In this document: positions 45,170 to 58,800 of the stretch, piece after piece
Layout of the letters: every line of letters begins with the position of its first letter
Position numbering within the stretch: position 1 is the first letter of the stretch
From: Basidiobolus meristosporus CBS 931.73
Lineage: Eukaryota; Fungi; Basidiobolomycota
NCBI GenBank assembly: GCA_002104905.1
Contig: MCFE01000266.1
Coordinates: 1-64,000, forward strand
DNA length: 64,000 nt
Direction of reading: 5' to 3'
Position numbers and translations under genes: made by a program
Notes under the pieces: model-generated
Seen by the model: only the letters and a program-made list of their open reading frames with translations
The model's database searches: none
What the model was told of the DNA's origin: nothing

Positions 45170-47640
45170 CTAAATTGTTAAAAAGCATTCTTAACCACAT
45201 TGCTTCTGGGACTGCTATATACTCTGGCTCAGTGGTAGAAAATGCTACAGTTGATTGCTTCCTTGAGCTCCATGAAATTGCAGCATTTCAATAAATCAAG
45301 ATGTATCCTGTGGTAGTTCAGTTGTCTTCTAGATTTCATCCCCAATCCGCATTAGAGTACCCCACAAAATCTTGTTCTAAATCCTTGTAGGTGTACCTTA
45401 AGCAGATGTCAGCAGTTCATCTTAGGTATCTAAAAATCCGCTTAACTGCTGCAATATGACCAGATCCATAGTTCAGATGGTGCTGGCTGACAACTCACAC
45501 TGAATATGAGATATCTGGATGTGTTCCATGTATGTTATCATCAGACTGTCAGCCATAGATTAATAATTAAAGTCAGGGCTTTCAGATGGCACTGAGCTCT
45601 TTGATTTGGTTGAGTATTAACTAGGTCAAGGTTTGTTGCTGTTGGGATAGCTGCCAGCTTAAAGTCTTCCAATTGGTGCCTCTTTAATATATAGTGAATA
45701 TATTTGGACTGGCTTAGGGTCATAGCCAGGACACTTCTGTCTATAGAGAGCATTGTCCCTAAGAAGTGACCAAGTTCTCCTAGATTGGAAATCTTGAACT
45801 TCTTATATAGGCTGGACTTAGTCACTTCCAATGTTTCAGGGTTATTGGCAGCTATAATAAGATAACCCACATATAGAGCTAATAGAGCTTGATTTGCTCT
45901 CTCTGACTTACAGTAAATCCTACAGTTAGCATTACTATATTGGCAACTGAAAGATTTGAAATAAGAATCTATCTTGCAGCTCCAGGCTCTTGTTAATTGT
46001 TTGAGACCATATAGTGATTTTTTAAGCTTGCAGACCAGATTGAGGCTATCTTGGTCAGCAAACCCATTAAAATGGCCCAGGTACATGTCCTCATCAAAAT
46101 ATCCTTTCAAATTGCAGTTTTACATTCATTTGATGTATAAAAAACTTGTATTTGGCTGCAATAGTCAATAGTAATCTGATGGAATTAAGCTTGCCTACTG
46201 GTGCAAAGGTATCAGTATAGTCAAGTTCTTTTGTTTGAGAGTTTCCTTTAGCCACAAGTCTTCCTTTGTATCCTTCAACTATAACATCAGACTTGCATTT
46301 TGTCTTGAAGATACATCTGCATCCAATTGATATTTAGTTGATTGGTAATTGTTTGACAAACTCCCAAGTTTGATTTTCCAGCAGGGCATGATACTCATCA
46401 GTCATTGCAGATCTACAGAACTATGTCTGAGGACTATGTAAGGCCTCTTTTACAGTCTGTGGCTTAGTCTTTTGGACTGAATAGGCATAGGCTAAGTTTT
46501 TAACATCACTGATTGAATACTTCAAGCTATTTCTGGTCCAGTTGGATCACCTGATATATGATACTGGATTGAACACTTCTGGGATATTCCTGGGCACTGA
46601 TTCAAGCTAAGGCATGGCTGTAGAGTTTTCTGGGGTGAAAAACACTCATAGCTTTGCTCTGACTCAATCCGGACTTTTGGTGGACATGAGATCAGACTTT
46701 TGTCATCATCTGTTGTCATTTTTTGTGAAAATATTAAATTTCCATCAAACAACACATTCCTGAGCTTCATCAGCTTCCTTGCTTTGATATGATATGGCCT
46801 GTATGCTTTACATGCATTGTAGTAGTCCTAAAATAAGCACTTTACAATTTTTGGCTCAAAATTTGCCTGATTTCTAGGCAGCTTCTTAGCATATGCTGTA
46901 CACCCCAACATTGGGAGATGTTCTGCACTAGGTCAGGATCTATTCCATGCCTCAAGTGGAGTAGAGTCACAAAGTATTCTGCATATTGCTATTTCAAGGT
47001 TTACAGATGTCGCAACTGATACTGCCCTAAAATTGCAGGATAATATTTGATCATATATCAGAACTTTTGCTATATCAGTTATAGGTCTGCTTGAGTGTTC
47101 TGCCACTACATTTTGCTGTAAGGAGTATGGTATTGTAGTCTCTTGCATTATGAACTTAATTTTGCAGAAGTGGATGAAGAGTTTTGAGGTAAATTCTTTA
47201 CAAATGTCTGAGCAAATACTTTTGATTATTCTACCAGTTTCTCTCTCCACTGTAGCTCTAAGCTCCCTGAGCTTAGAGAGTATATCTTCCTTTGTCTCCA
47301 TGAAGTAGACCCATATTTATCTTGTATAATCATCAGTAGAAGTGATCAAACACTCATTGCACCTAAGGATCAATTTTGTATAGGTCCACACAGATCTGAG
47401 TTAGCTAAATCTGATTTTTTCTTAGCATTGAGTAGGCAAGAGCCCTTGAACAGTCTTCTGGCTTGTTTCCAATGTATGCAGGCCCCACAGTGCTTTGAAT
47501 TTGCTGGGCAATCAATTTTTATTCTGCAAATTAGCTGATCTTTAATCATTGTGTGCAAATAAACAAAATTAATACCCTTTGAGAAGTAACTTAGTCCCAC
47601 AGGTGGATCCAGTCCAGATCAGCCATCAAGATCCTGTAAC
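45170..47640 (-). pseudogene. Heavily degraded Ty1/Copia pol relic (second family), no LTRs seen
   Basis: GAG-pre-integrase (CGACIHWKQ...SDLCGP), IN (46933-47301), RT (VCKLKKSLYGLKQ; 45541-46110), RNase H (AISWSSRKQSTVAFSTTE at ~45200-45290). Confidence 0.85.
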
Positions 47641-47728
47641 ATATAAAATTGCTCTATATGGCAAGAAACTTGGTGGTGCTCTGACTGCCCCATTGCTAAC
47701 CTTTGCCAGCATTATATTTGCAGCATAG

Positions 47729-48532
47729 TGTAGTAGGGTAAATATACCTCCAACAGACAGGTTTATCTGTATAGCTATTATGAAGCACATATCTATATTT
47801 GATCTTATCAGTATTATCCCATTCTACTTTGCCCATATTATTGGTATTATCCCCATATGATATTTACCCTGATTAGTTATTAGCAATAGTTGTCCCAGAT
47901 ATGATTTGGCTTTGAGATCAATATGGGTATCTACATTAGGCAAGTACCCATGTCACCACCCACAATACATGACCCAAGTCAGTGTTACCATCCCTACCAT
48001 TTCAGTACCATATATAAAATCTCTGGGTTATAAAGGTTTCTGACTTCTGATCCCTGATTGGTAGGATGTGCTGTGCCTTTTGAAACATTCCAGGACTTTA
48101 TTGGAATATTTTTAGCACATAGTGATGTCATCCAGAATTCCACTGATGCCCAAAATCTTCTACAACCCTTTCATTGGTAATCACTTGGCAATAAAGAAAG
48201 TTTTTTAAGGGAAGACAAACCCTCACCAGTAAATCATCCCTTCTGGCAGCAATAACTCACCCTTATTGGTTAGCAGCTGATCACTGCATCTATCTTCAAT
48301 AGTTACACCTCAGACCTGCCATCAAGGAGCTTTTCAGGATAGTGTACAAGACACATAGAGGTCTTTGGAGACACTTGGAGCACCTAGGAAGTTTGAGAAG
48401 CAGGAGGTTTTACCATAGTTACATATTGACAAAGATACCAGCAGTTTAGGCCCAGAGGTTATTGTACCCATCAGACACCTCACACACCTTGAGTTGTGTA
48501 GCTTCTCCCAGGAGCACCTCTTCACCACCACA
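47729..48532. mobile_element. Solo LTR, diverged member of family 3 (804 bp)
   Basis: TGTAGTAGGG...CACCACCACA; flanks ATAG/ACAG; rejoined flanks match the uninterrupted site at ~63155-63230; patchy similarity to 57657-58726. Confidence 0.7.
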
Positions 48533-48898
48533 ACAGTGGCCTAAAGCTAGTTCTGTAAAATTCTACTCTACCAATTTACCAAATGGTATTTCCTTCTTCT
48601 ACCTCCCCATGCACCATCCACATATTTCACTGTAGAATCATCCCTATTAATTTGCTCACCCACTACCATGGTGGGTATTCCACAGCTTCTATAACCTCAA
48701 CTTCACAGCTTTTTAGTGTGATACTTGCAAAGTTGCCATTTACCTAGTATTGCTGGTAACATATGCACCTTGCAAACATATGCTTGGTTGACACCACTTT
48801 TGCCATGAATGCCTCTTAAATATACACAAAGAATCTCTTAGCATTTAGCCAATGTATTCCTTCTCCTTGCTGGCTTCTAGTTCCAATGATAGGTGCAC
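48533..48898 (-). pseudogene. Tnp2 relic 3' region fragment
   Basis: Homologous to 63170-63610 and to the reverse complement of 43230-43620. Confidence 0.6.
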
Positions 48899-49640
48899 TG
48901 TAGTGGGGTCATAGTGACACCCACTGACAGATGTGCTCATTCCCCTATTTCTTACTTCCCTATTTCTCTACTACCCATATTTTAGTCTTATCCCATTTGT
49001 CTTATCTAATTAATACTATAAGCCACATTATCCCTCACCTTATGTAATATCACTAGATGTAAGTGCTGCTATATCAAGTATGTACCTGCACCAGGATCTG
49101 TAACCATTGTTAGAGTTGTGTTACTATCCCTACTATCTTCATTTTACTTATGGTATCCCTATGATACACAGGTTTCAGAATAATGATCCAATATCAGTTG
49201 CTTGTGCTGTGCCTCTTAGAACCTTCTGGCATCTAGTTGAATATTCTTAGCATATCCTGATGTCATTTAGAATTAAACTTGTTCCATTGTACCGTGCCAG
49301 GGTGCGTGGTGCAATCTGCGGTCTCTAAGAATAATTGGGCACAATATTGTAGCTACCAGTAGGCAGGATTGCTTGTGGACAATTTTGCACCATGTGGGAC
49401 AATCTTACACACTATGGCACAATCTGACACAATGAGGTTGGCACAAATGGTTGTGCCCACTTGTAATATTTGCATCACATGTGGAATTATTTATAGGGGT
49501 CCTGTCTCAAATGTGAGACAACCTTAATATTGCTTATATCAAAAATTTAGTGATCACTGATTTGCAATGGCTCAATGCAGATTGCAAAAAAAATGTGTTG
49601 TTTGGATCATTACAAATAATAGCAATTCAATGCAATTGCA

Positions 49641-50899
49641 TCATCTTCTTCTAGGGTTTTTTCTCACAGGGATTACTACTGAAGCATTTGGTAGTGATTC
49701 ACTTTGCACACCTAAACTACTGTCTTGTTGACTATCCTCTTGGCTACTTGTATATTTGTAGTCAGTATTTTGCCTCCTAGTTGTTGAGTGCAATGCTGCA
49801 GCTTGGCCATGTGGAATTGCTCCGGATGATGCAACTGAGCCAGTCTGCAGTGCTACATGCTGACATGTTCTTTTACTTGCCAAAGGCTCCGGTGGTGGAG
49901 GCACTTCATGTGGGTCATCATCTGTCAGTTAACCAGAAGAAACTTGCTGATAGTTAGGTGTAATGGCATGCACAGATGCAACTTGATGCACTGGCATGGC
50001 CCTTGGCTGAGTTCAATGTGATGCTGCTTGTAAATGTGAATTGGCCTGCTCCAATGGACTTGTGTCTTTTTGAGCAGTTTGGTGGGTTCTGGTGGTTTTG
50101 CTCTGAAGCATGTGCATTGACCTGATATGCATTGAGTCAATGCGGAGCACTCTTGTGAAGGGTGTTGGTGTAGTTTGGACTAATGTGCGCTGGCATGCTG
50201 AAGTTACGAGGGATGGTAAGGAATCCAGCAAGGCATGCTGGCACAATCTAGATGATGTCACTTGTGGTCTGTATTCCTCCTCTTGAAGCTCACCTTCTGA
50301 TTCCTCAAGGTATTCACTTACCCTCTGTCTAATTCTTTGCAACTGTTGCCTGGAAGAGTCCTGTATATATTGCTCTTCGAAGCCACTTAGCTCTACTAAT
50401 ATATCACGTAATACATTAGTCATTTGAGGCAAAAACTCATTCAAAATCTCTTTGGCTCCGAAAGTCAAGGCACAAATGGACGTGTCCAGCCCATACTGTG
50501 CAAATTGCGTGCAAATTGCATGCAAAATCATTCCTGTGTGACTTCCTCATCAAATCCCCTCACTCTCAGCTCATTCTTGATTTCAATACTTGTCTTGTTA
50601 TATATCTTCTTACATACATCTGCTGGCATCTTGATGTAGAACTCATGCCACAGCTTTCTACTCAGATTCTTCCATCTCTGTTGACTCTCCGGGGTATCTA
50701 GTTCTGCTAGATTAATGAGTAGTGCCCAAATATCTGTATGAAGGCTCATCATAGACACTTGGGCTATACTGAAATCATTTGGCAAGAACTCAAACGGATT
50801 CAACATTGCCTTTTCTGGTCCAGACCATACTTGTGAGCTGGGGAATGGGTTATGTCTGGGTTGAAATAAAGATGAGTTGAGACTTGGTATAGGGACCAT
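49641..50899 (-). pseudogene. Disrupted ORF2 of PHIS copy 2
   Basis: ORF pieces 50528-50899, 50013-50531 and 49641-49904 match 61030-62346. Confidence 0.88.
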
Positions 50900-51256
50900 A
50901 GTAACGGATTTGGATATTTAAACAATGGTGTATTGGCATCAACCAGGTCCTATATGAAATATATATGAACACTAATGTGATTGTTGAATTTTCCATATAT
51001 TATGCATGATGCATCTTGGATAGCATTGGCACAGATCAGATCACATCAATTGTAGATTTCCTATTTGATTATAGACTTGTGAGTAAGACATCAATAAAAA
51101 TACCAAGTCATTGTTTGAGGACGATTTTTGCAACATAATGATGGGATACATGGCAATTGATGGAGATTTAATTTTAATGCATGGAAAATCAGCTAAATAA
51201 AGCTGATTGCACCAAATCAAATCAAATCATCTCAGCTCAATCCTTACCAATTTAAT

Positions 51257-52140
51257 ATGACTTACTCATCTGCATGGTCTTTTCTCATCAATCCCATTAC
51301 TACCACTGGATTTCCTTCTGACACACAAGTGGAGATCTATACCAAGTACTGTGGTCCATCTACCCCAATCTACTCAAGGAGATCCCTTGTTAAGCTTCTC
51401 TGCTATTACAAGAACTATTGCCCTACAAGGTTTCATCCCACCATCATGGCAACAAAAGTCCTAGAAGCTTTAATTCTCAGCTGACAGCAATGGAGAACCA
51501 CCTTGCAGAGGGTATGAATGACTTAGAGCAAGCTTGGAATACTAGGTTCAGAAGCTCCAATAGACATCCATATCCCAGAGTGTTCAGCAACAGGTTCCAT
51601 ATCAGGAGTATTTTGGATACCTTCCCAGTGAGGATTAACAGACCTTCTAGAGGGCAGCGGCACTTTTATTCTGGCAAGTACAAGGCACACTGTGTAAAGT
51701 TTCAAGCACTGTCTGACATTGAGGGTAACATGATCCGGTTTAGTGGGCCATTTGCTGGAAGTAGGCATGACAAAGCACTCTGGGTAGGAAATCATCCTGA
51801 ATCCAGTGGAGGGGATAAATGTATGGCAGACTTGGCTTATATAGGAGAGGATTGTCAGATATAAGGATGTATTACAGCTAATAGTAAGCCAAGGAATGGT
51901 GTGCTTAGCAGGAAGTAGAAGCTCTACAATGAGATATTTAATCATTTCATAGTGAGGGTAGAGCATACAATTGGATATCTGAAGAGATTCAGCATATTAG
52001 CAGGTAAATACAGAGGAAAGTCATATATAGGAGAAAACAGCAGAATAGGTAAAATAGTTAAGATACTTATTGATGTACAGTATATTCATACAAGAAGGCA
52101 TCCAATGAGAGAAATGTGTCTGGAGCATTATGAAGAGTAA
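51257..52140 (+). pseudogene. Disrupted DDE transposase of PHIS copy 2
   Basis: ORF pieces 51257-51484, 51418-51864 and 51952-52140 match 59786-60670; frameshift near 51445 and in-frame stops. Confidence 0.9.
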
Positions 52141-52972
52141 ATAAAGCAAGGAAAGCACTACACTGAGCAACATAAGTAAAATTGAGTAAAATTTGCAGCA
52201 AATATAACCTACCACTGGCATGATGGTAGAAATTATAGTGCTAGATAGTGCCAGATCAATCCGGCACCATAAACAGGCTGGCACTATGTGGCACTATCCA
52301 ACGGAACAAGTCTATTATATAGTTCTTCAGAACCTTCTCAAATACCATGATTAGAAATCACTTAGCTAGTGAGAAAAGTATATAAGGGAGGCACTCCAGA
52401 AACAATATATCTTCATCCCATTTATCAATATACCTACTTGTTGATTAGTGTGATCACTTCTACCTGCCACCACCTGAGCTTCCAATCCCAGACCACAGGA
52501 CACTCCCAGGAAGCCATGCTAACAGCCAACTGACCTTGGAGGCACATTTTATGAGGAATACTCAGCGTAGGTATCTTTAATTATACTTGATTATTTCCCA
52601 GGATTGCTCTTGTACAGGCAAAGATGCTTTTCTTTCTTGGTATCTATTGACCACAGCTGCATTCTCATTAAGTCCCTGCTGGTGGAGTTTACAGTTGTTT
52701 TGGCTTTGCAACCTTTTGTACATTGGAATCTCAAAGGATGCTGAGCCCAGCACATACTTTTGTTGAGATGCCAACTAAGTTGGTGATTGTAGCTCAATAG
52801 CTCTCCCTTGACAAGCTTATGGTGTTATTCCCTCTCACATTAGAGTACAGACAGAACCCAAGAATTTCTAGTAGGCATTTGCCAGAGATTATTGCACCCA
52901 GTGAGCACCCCACATACAAAACACTTGAGAAGTGTTAGATGTATCTCTCCCTGGGACTTACATCACACCACA

Positions 52973-53853
52973 GCACTCTGGCTGTTGTTTGCATGAATTC
53001 CATATTGAATGGTGTAGAAACTGGCTTATGATCAAGAGAAACCCTGCATAGGGGTCTCCATTTCCACATCTGTCCCCAATATTTTCCAACTCTTCTTGAT
53101 TGTCCTCCATGTGCCAACTCATCACATCCATGATAGACTTGAAGGTAATATTCTTGATGTGATTGGGATATGGTAGTACCTGCAACTTGACTTGTATTCC
53201 TATTGCCCTACACATCTGCTCCATAGGAAACTCCCAAAAGGTGAAGCAAGGCCCAATGTTTCCACACACCAAGTAAGATGGAGTGGAGAATGAATATTGT
53301 AGTGGCAGAGATCTGCATGTTTAGCTTTGCACTTGTAACATAGCTGCTCAAATCTTGTTGTAAACTCCTTCCATTTGTATTGAGGTATAAGCATATGAAT
53401 ATGGATTGGAGCACTTTAGAAGTACTTTGGGTAGCAGATACTCTGTAGTATCTTGACAATTTTTTCTGACTTCTCCAGTATCTCAAAGGGCTCATTCAGC
53501 TTAAGATGCCCATGTACAATTTGGTCATTAGTATAGTGATATTATTGAAAAGCAAACACAGTGCTCCCAGTGACAGGTGTTTGCTATAACAGATACCCTA
53601 AGTCTTAAGTTCTTCTGGTGTCTGATTTATTTTGTATTCTAGCCAATGGATTATAGCTTACTAACCTTGCTACAATTGCATGCTGACATCTGTACATTCT
53701 CTTTGCAAGAATATGATAGCTTAGTGTTAGAATCTGAATACTAATAATGTGCGTGAGTTATGGAGTAAGTCTCCTGGATTTCACACAATTGACTGCAATA
53801 CTGTCCATTGTGCTCAGAAAAGCCAGCAATCTTACTGATAGCTGTAGTATCTC
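52973..53853 (-). pseudogene. Tnp2-like transposase relic (mid and C-terminal); shows the uninterrupted GHN-x-x-YC site
   Basis: GPCFTFWEFPMEQMC (52958-53272); minus strand ~53850-53780 reads DTTAISKIAGFSEHNGQYCSQLCE. Confidence 0.72.
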
Positions 53854-55096
53854 TGTTGTGTTGTATTATGATTAGTTTGGGGCTTGTTCTACAATAAAGA
53901 GGCTAATCAACAATATACAACAACCTCCAGTATGCTAATACTGAAATAGTTTATTGGGAGTTTGATATACCAATAGAATATATAACTTTCACTAATTTCC
54001 ACAATCTTAGGCTCAAAATATACTGTAGGCAGTGTTTATCACTTCTACAGCAGTGTTCTGACCTTCTGTTGACTAATGGGCTTATTTACTTTTATAGCAA
54101 CTTTTCCTTATTTGGAAGTCACTTTCTTTTCTGAGAAAATATTTCCTAATATGGAAATTCTGAGCTCCCCTTTAACCTAAAGGGGTCTGTTGCAGAAGTC
54201 TATAAAGGGGTCATTAGACCTAAAGGGGTGTGTAAAGGGGTATCTTTAGAGTAAAGGGGTTCTGTAAAGGGGTCTCTAAAGGGGTCTTTAGACTAAAGGG
54301 GTGTCTAAAGGGGTGTCTTTAGAGTAAAGGGGTTCTGTAAAGGGGTCTCTAAAGGGGTCTTTAGACTAAAGGGGTGTCTAAAGGGGTGTCTTTAGAGTAA
54401 AGAGGTTTCTTAGAGGGGACTTTTCCAACAGAAAAGTGGTAGTTTCTTGTAGAACTTAGATTGGATTCTTGTGAGCTTTGCAGTCTCTTTACTGATGTTG
54501 TACCAATCAAAGTCAGAATACTCAACAGTGCAAGTGATGCAGGGGAAGTCTTATAACCTTTAAACTTGTAATTGTAGTGTGGAGATTCTGGAAAGAGAGG
54601 CTCTCTCTTGATTTTTCAGCTGGGGAAGTCATATATATGAAAATTTTGAAGGATCAAAGTTTTTGGGCAATTGCACAAGCAATGCACGTGATACAAAGCT
54701 AAAATTCTGCAGTAACGCAGATTGGACATAGGCGTAGCACCTGTGAAAATATCACGTGATTTGATTGGCTGGTTCAATAGTTACACGTGATCAAAGTCAC
54801 CATAGTAATCCTAGCAATAAGGCATAGTATATATAATAATTGGACTCTTTTGGTCATAACTCCTTAAGTACTGCTTCAAATGAGCTGTAATTTGAAACAT
54901 GTGTTGGCTACTATGTGTTCTGTATGATAAAATATTCTTGGGTGAATTGCTTGTCAGGGTCTGGAGCATTTGTTCTTCAAAGCTGGAAATTCTTGATCTT
55001 TCACTTGTGTGTTACAATAGCAAAAAGCAAAATAAAGAAATGAGTGCAATATTGGTTTAGAGATATTGTAGTAATGGAATACTTTCCATTATCACA
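53854..55096 (-). mobile_element. Solo LTR (family 4, 1,243 bp) with TAAAGGGG array
   Basis: TG...CA ends; flanks TCTC/TTTC (4 bp, one mismatch). It splits the Tnp2 relic at IIC/IG-DTxAISK, with Tnp2 sequence continuing on both sides. No PBS or internal sequence is adjacent. Confidence 0.7.
54177..54420 (+). repeat. TAAAGGGG array with a 73-bp higher-order unit
   Basis: Unit TCTTTAGACTAAAGGGGTGTCTAAAGGGGTGTCTTTAGAGTAAAGGGGTTCTGTAAAGGGGTCTCTAAAGGGG, about 3 iterations. Confidence 0.9.
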
Positions 55097-55100
55097 TTTC

Positions 55101-55817
55101 CAATTCAGATAACAATATGTGCTCTGACCTGATGGCCATTTACTGTTATCCTGCTGGAAAGCATACATAAGTCATTTAGCAATGGACACAGGTAGCTATC
55201 CAGGCTGTATGGTTATTTATGCCCTGATACTTAGTGAGTCTACCATTAGATTTCTACTCTGGTACTATATGATAGGTGGCAGATTCAGATTGATGAAAAT
55301 CAGTGGCCAGCAGGATGTGTTGGTAGAGTACTTGTTTAATGAGATTCCATCAAGTGTCAAGGCAAAGGCTTGGACATACATACCTTCAGAGTAGCCCTTG
55401 CTTCTTAGCTGTTTGTAATTTTGCCATTGAAAATATTAGCTATTTTAGAGCTTTATTAATACTGAGTGCAGTACTTTCTAGCTTCACATTAGTTGTTAGA
55501 CTACATTAGCTTCTTTAGACAGGGTATTATTGGAATATATCAAGAGTGTGAACAGTGTTTTCTGCCTATAGTGGTGAATTCCTGACAAGTTGGACACCTT
55601 GATATGGGGCGTTTTCTGATGTGAATGACATGCAACTACTAACTAACTATGGCAAAACACTTGCCATAATCCTTGTAAAGCTTTGTATACTGTCTGCATA
55701 CTTCATGGCTGAGAGGCTTGCTAAAATAGCTGCATGGTCATTTTTCCCTTCTCTTGCAGTGTTGAATCAAAGTAGTCTTGTCCATGGGGTAAACAGGTTG
55801 ACACTTGACAACATAAT
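55101..55817 (-). pseudogene. Tnp2 N-terminal relic and upstream block
   Basis: Homologous to 19750-20150 (same strand) and to the reverse complement of 32620-33110; 55621-55817 matches ~1780-1950. Confidence 0.62.
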
Positions 55818-58800
55818 AGATTTGTTCCATTGGAGAGTGCCACATAGTGCCGGCCTGTTTATAGTGCCGGATTGATCTGGCACTCTACAGCACTATCTGG
55901 CACTATAATTTCTACCAAGATGTCAGTGGTATGATACAGTTACTGGTAATTTTACTCAATCTTACTTATGTTGCTCAGAATAGTGCTTTCCTTGCTTTAT
56001 TTACTCTTCATAATGCTCCAGACACATTTCTCTCAGTGGATGTCTTCTTGTATGAGCATACTGTGCATTAATAAGTATCTTAGCTTTTTACCTATTCTGC
56101 TGTTTTCACCTATATATGACTTTCCTCTGCATTTACCTGCCAATATGCTGAATCTCTTCAGATATCCAAATGTATGCTCTACCCTCACTCTGAAATGATT
56201 AAATAACACTCCGGGATATGGAAGACTATTGGAGCTTCTGAACCTAGTATTCCAAGCTTGCTCTAAGTCATTCATACACTCTGCAAGGTGGTTGTCCATT
56301 GCTGTCAACTGGGAATGAAAGCTTCTAGGACTTTTGCTGCCATGGAAGGTGGGATGAGACCTTGTAGGGCATTAGTTCTTGTAATAGCAGAGAAGCTTGA
56401 CAAGGGATCTTCTTGAGTAGATTGGGGTAGATGGTCCACTGTACTTGGAATAGATTGCCTCCAGTGTGTCAAAAGGAAATCCTGTGGTAGTGATGGGATT
56501 GATGAGAAAAGACCATTCAGATGAGTGAGTCATATTAAAACTGGTGGATGATTGTATGGAGGTGGTTTGAATTGAATTGGTGCAATCTGCGTTATTTATC
56601 TGATTTTTAATGCACTATGATTAAATCTCCATCAATTGCCATGTATCCCATCATTTTGTTGCAAAAATCATCCGCAAACAATGCCTTGGTACTTTATTTA
56701 TGCTTTACTCATAGGTCTATAATCAAATAGGAAATCCGCAATTGATGTGATCTGATCCGTGTCAATGCAATCCAAGATGCATCATGCATAATATATGGAA
56801 AATTCAACAATCACATTAGTTTTTATATATATTTCATATAAGACCAGGTTGATACCAATATACCGCTGTATAGGTATCCAAATCTGTTGCTATGGTCCTC
56901 ATACCAAGTCTCAGCTCATCTTTAGTACAACCCAGACAAAACCCATCCCCCAGCTCACAAGCACAGTCTGGACCGGAAAAGTTGATGTTGGTTCCATTCA
57001 AGTTCTTGCCAAATGATTTTAGTATGGCCCAAGTGTCTATGATGAGCCTTCATACAGATATTTGGGCACTACTGATTAATCTAGCAGAACTAGATACCTC
57101 AGAGAGTCAACAAAGATGGAAGAATTTGAGTAGAAAGCTGTGGCATGAGTTCTGCATCAAGATGCCAGCAGATGTATGTAAGAAGATATATAACAAGACA
57201 AGTATTGAAATCAAGAATGAGCTGAGAGTGAGGGGATTTGATGAAGGAGCCACACAGGAACAATTTTGCATGCAATTTGCACAGTACAGGCCAGATATGT
57301 CCATCTGTGCCTCAACTTTGGGAACCAAAGTGATCTTGAATCAGTTTTATGCCTCAAATGACTAATGTACTATGTGATATGCTAATAGAGCTAAGTGGCT
57401 TTTGAGAGCAATATACACAGGATTCATCCAGGCAACAGCTCCAAAGTATCAGTTAGAGGGTAAGTGAGTACCTTGAGGAATCAGATGGTGAGATTCAGGA
57501 GGAAGAATACAGACCGCAAACAACATTGTCCAGATTGCGCCAGCACGCCTTGCTGGATTCCTTACCATCTCTTGCAACCACTGTGTGCCAGCGCACATCA
57601 GTCCAGACTATGCCAACACACTTTACCACAATGCCCCGCATCAAGTCAATGCGCCTTGTAGTGGGTTGACAGTGACACCCACTGACAGATGTGCTCATTC
57701 CCATATTTTCTACTTCCCTATATCTCTACTACACTTATTTTAATTTCATCCCATTTGTCTTACCCAATCATTACTATCCCATAAGCTGGTTGACTATCAC
57801 ACCTGCTTACCTTATTGCATAAGTTACCCCTTGCTTTATGTATGATTACTAGCTATTAGTGCTTCTATATTATGCAGGTACCCGCGCCAGTACCTGTGGC
57901 ATATGATCAGCCTGTGTCACCATCCCTACCATATCCATAGAGTATATGGTATCCCTATGTTACACAGGTCTCAGAATACAATTCCTGATTGGTTGGATGT
58001 GCTGTGTCTCTGAGAACCTTCTGGCACCTACTTAGAACATTCTTAGGTCATTCTGATGTCATTAAGATTTCTATTGATATCCAGAACCTTCTGGAACACC
58101 ATGATTAGTAATCACTTAGCCAGTAAGAAAAGTATATAAGGGAGGCTATCCCTCAACAATAAATTATCATCCTTTTTATCAATATACTGACTTGTTGATT
58201 AGTGGGATCACTGCTACCTGCTGCTACCTGAACTTCCAACCCCAGACCACAGGACACTCCCAGGAAACTGTGCTGACAGCCAACTGACCTTGGAGGCACT
58301 ACTTGTGAGGGATACTCACAGTAGGTATCCTTTATCATATTTGATTCTTTCCCAAGTTTGTTCTTGTACAGGCAAAGATACTTTTCTGTCTTTGTAACTA
58401 TTGACAACAGCTGCATTCTTATCAAGTCCCTGCTGGTGGAGTTTACAGTTGTTTTGACTTTGAAAGCTTTAGTACATTGTCATCTCAAAGGACGCTGAAC
58501 CCAGCACATACTTTTGTTAAGACACCATCTAAGTTGGGGATTGTAGCTCAATAGTTTTCCCTTGACAAGCTTGTGGCTTTACTCCCCTTCACATTAGATT
58601 AGAGACAGAACCCAAGTATTCCTAGCAAGCTTTTGCCAGAGGTTATTGCACTCAGTGAACACCCCACACACAAAACACTTGAGAAGTGTTGGACGTATCT
58701 CTCCCTTGGACCTATACACCACCACAGCGTTGGGTCAACACGTGTGCTTCAGAGCATAACTACCAGAACTTGCCAAACTGCTCATTTAGACACAAGTCCA

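Larger units (their letters stand above)
49275..52313 (+). mobile_element. PHIS (Pangu-like) DNA transposon, degenerate copy 2
   Basis: Ends AAACTTGTTCC... and ...GGAACAAGTCT; TSD ATT (49272-49274 / 52314-52316); inverted relative to 59603-63019 and lacks ~380 bp of its right subterminal region. Confidence 0.93.
48899..52972. mobile_element. Solo LTR (family 3, ~1,030 bp net) interrupted by a PHIS transposon
   Basis: TGTAGTGGGG...CACACCACA; perfect 4-bp TSD GCAC; empty site at ~63603-63630; 48899-49274 plus 52314-52972 align with 57657-58726. Confidence 0.88.
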
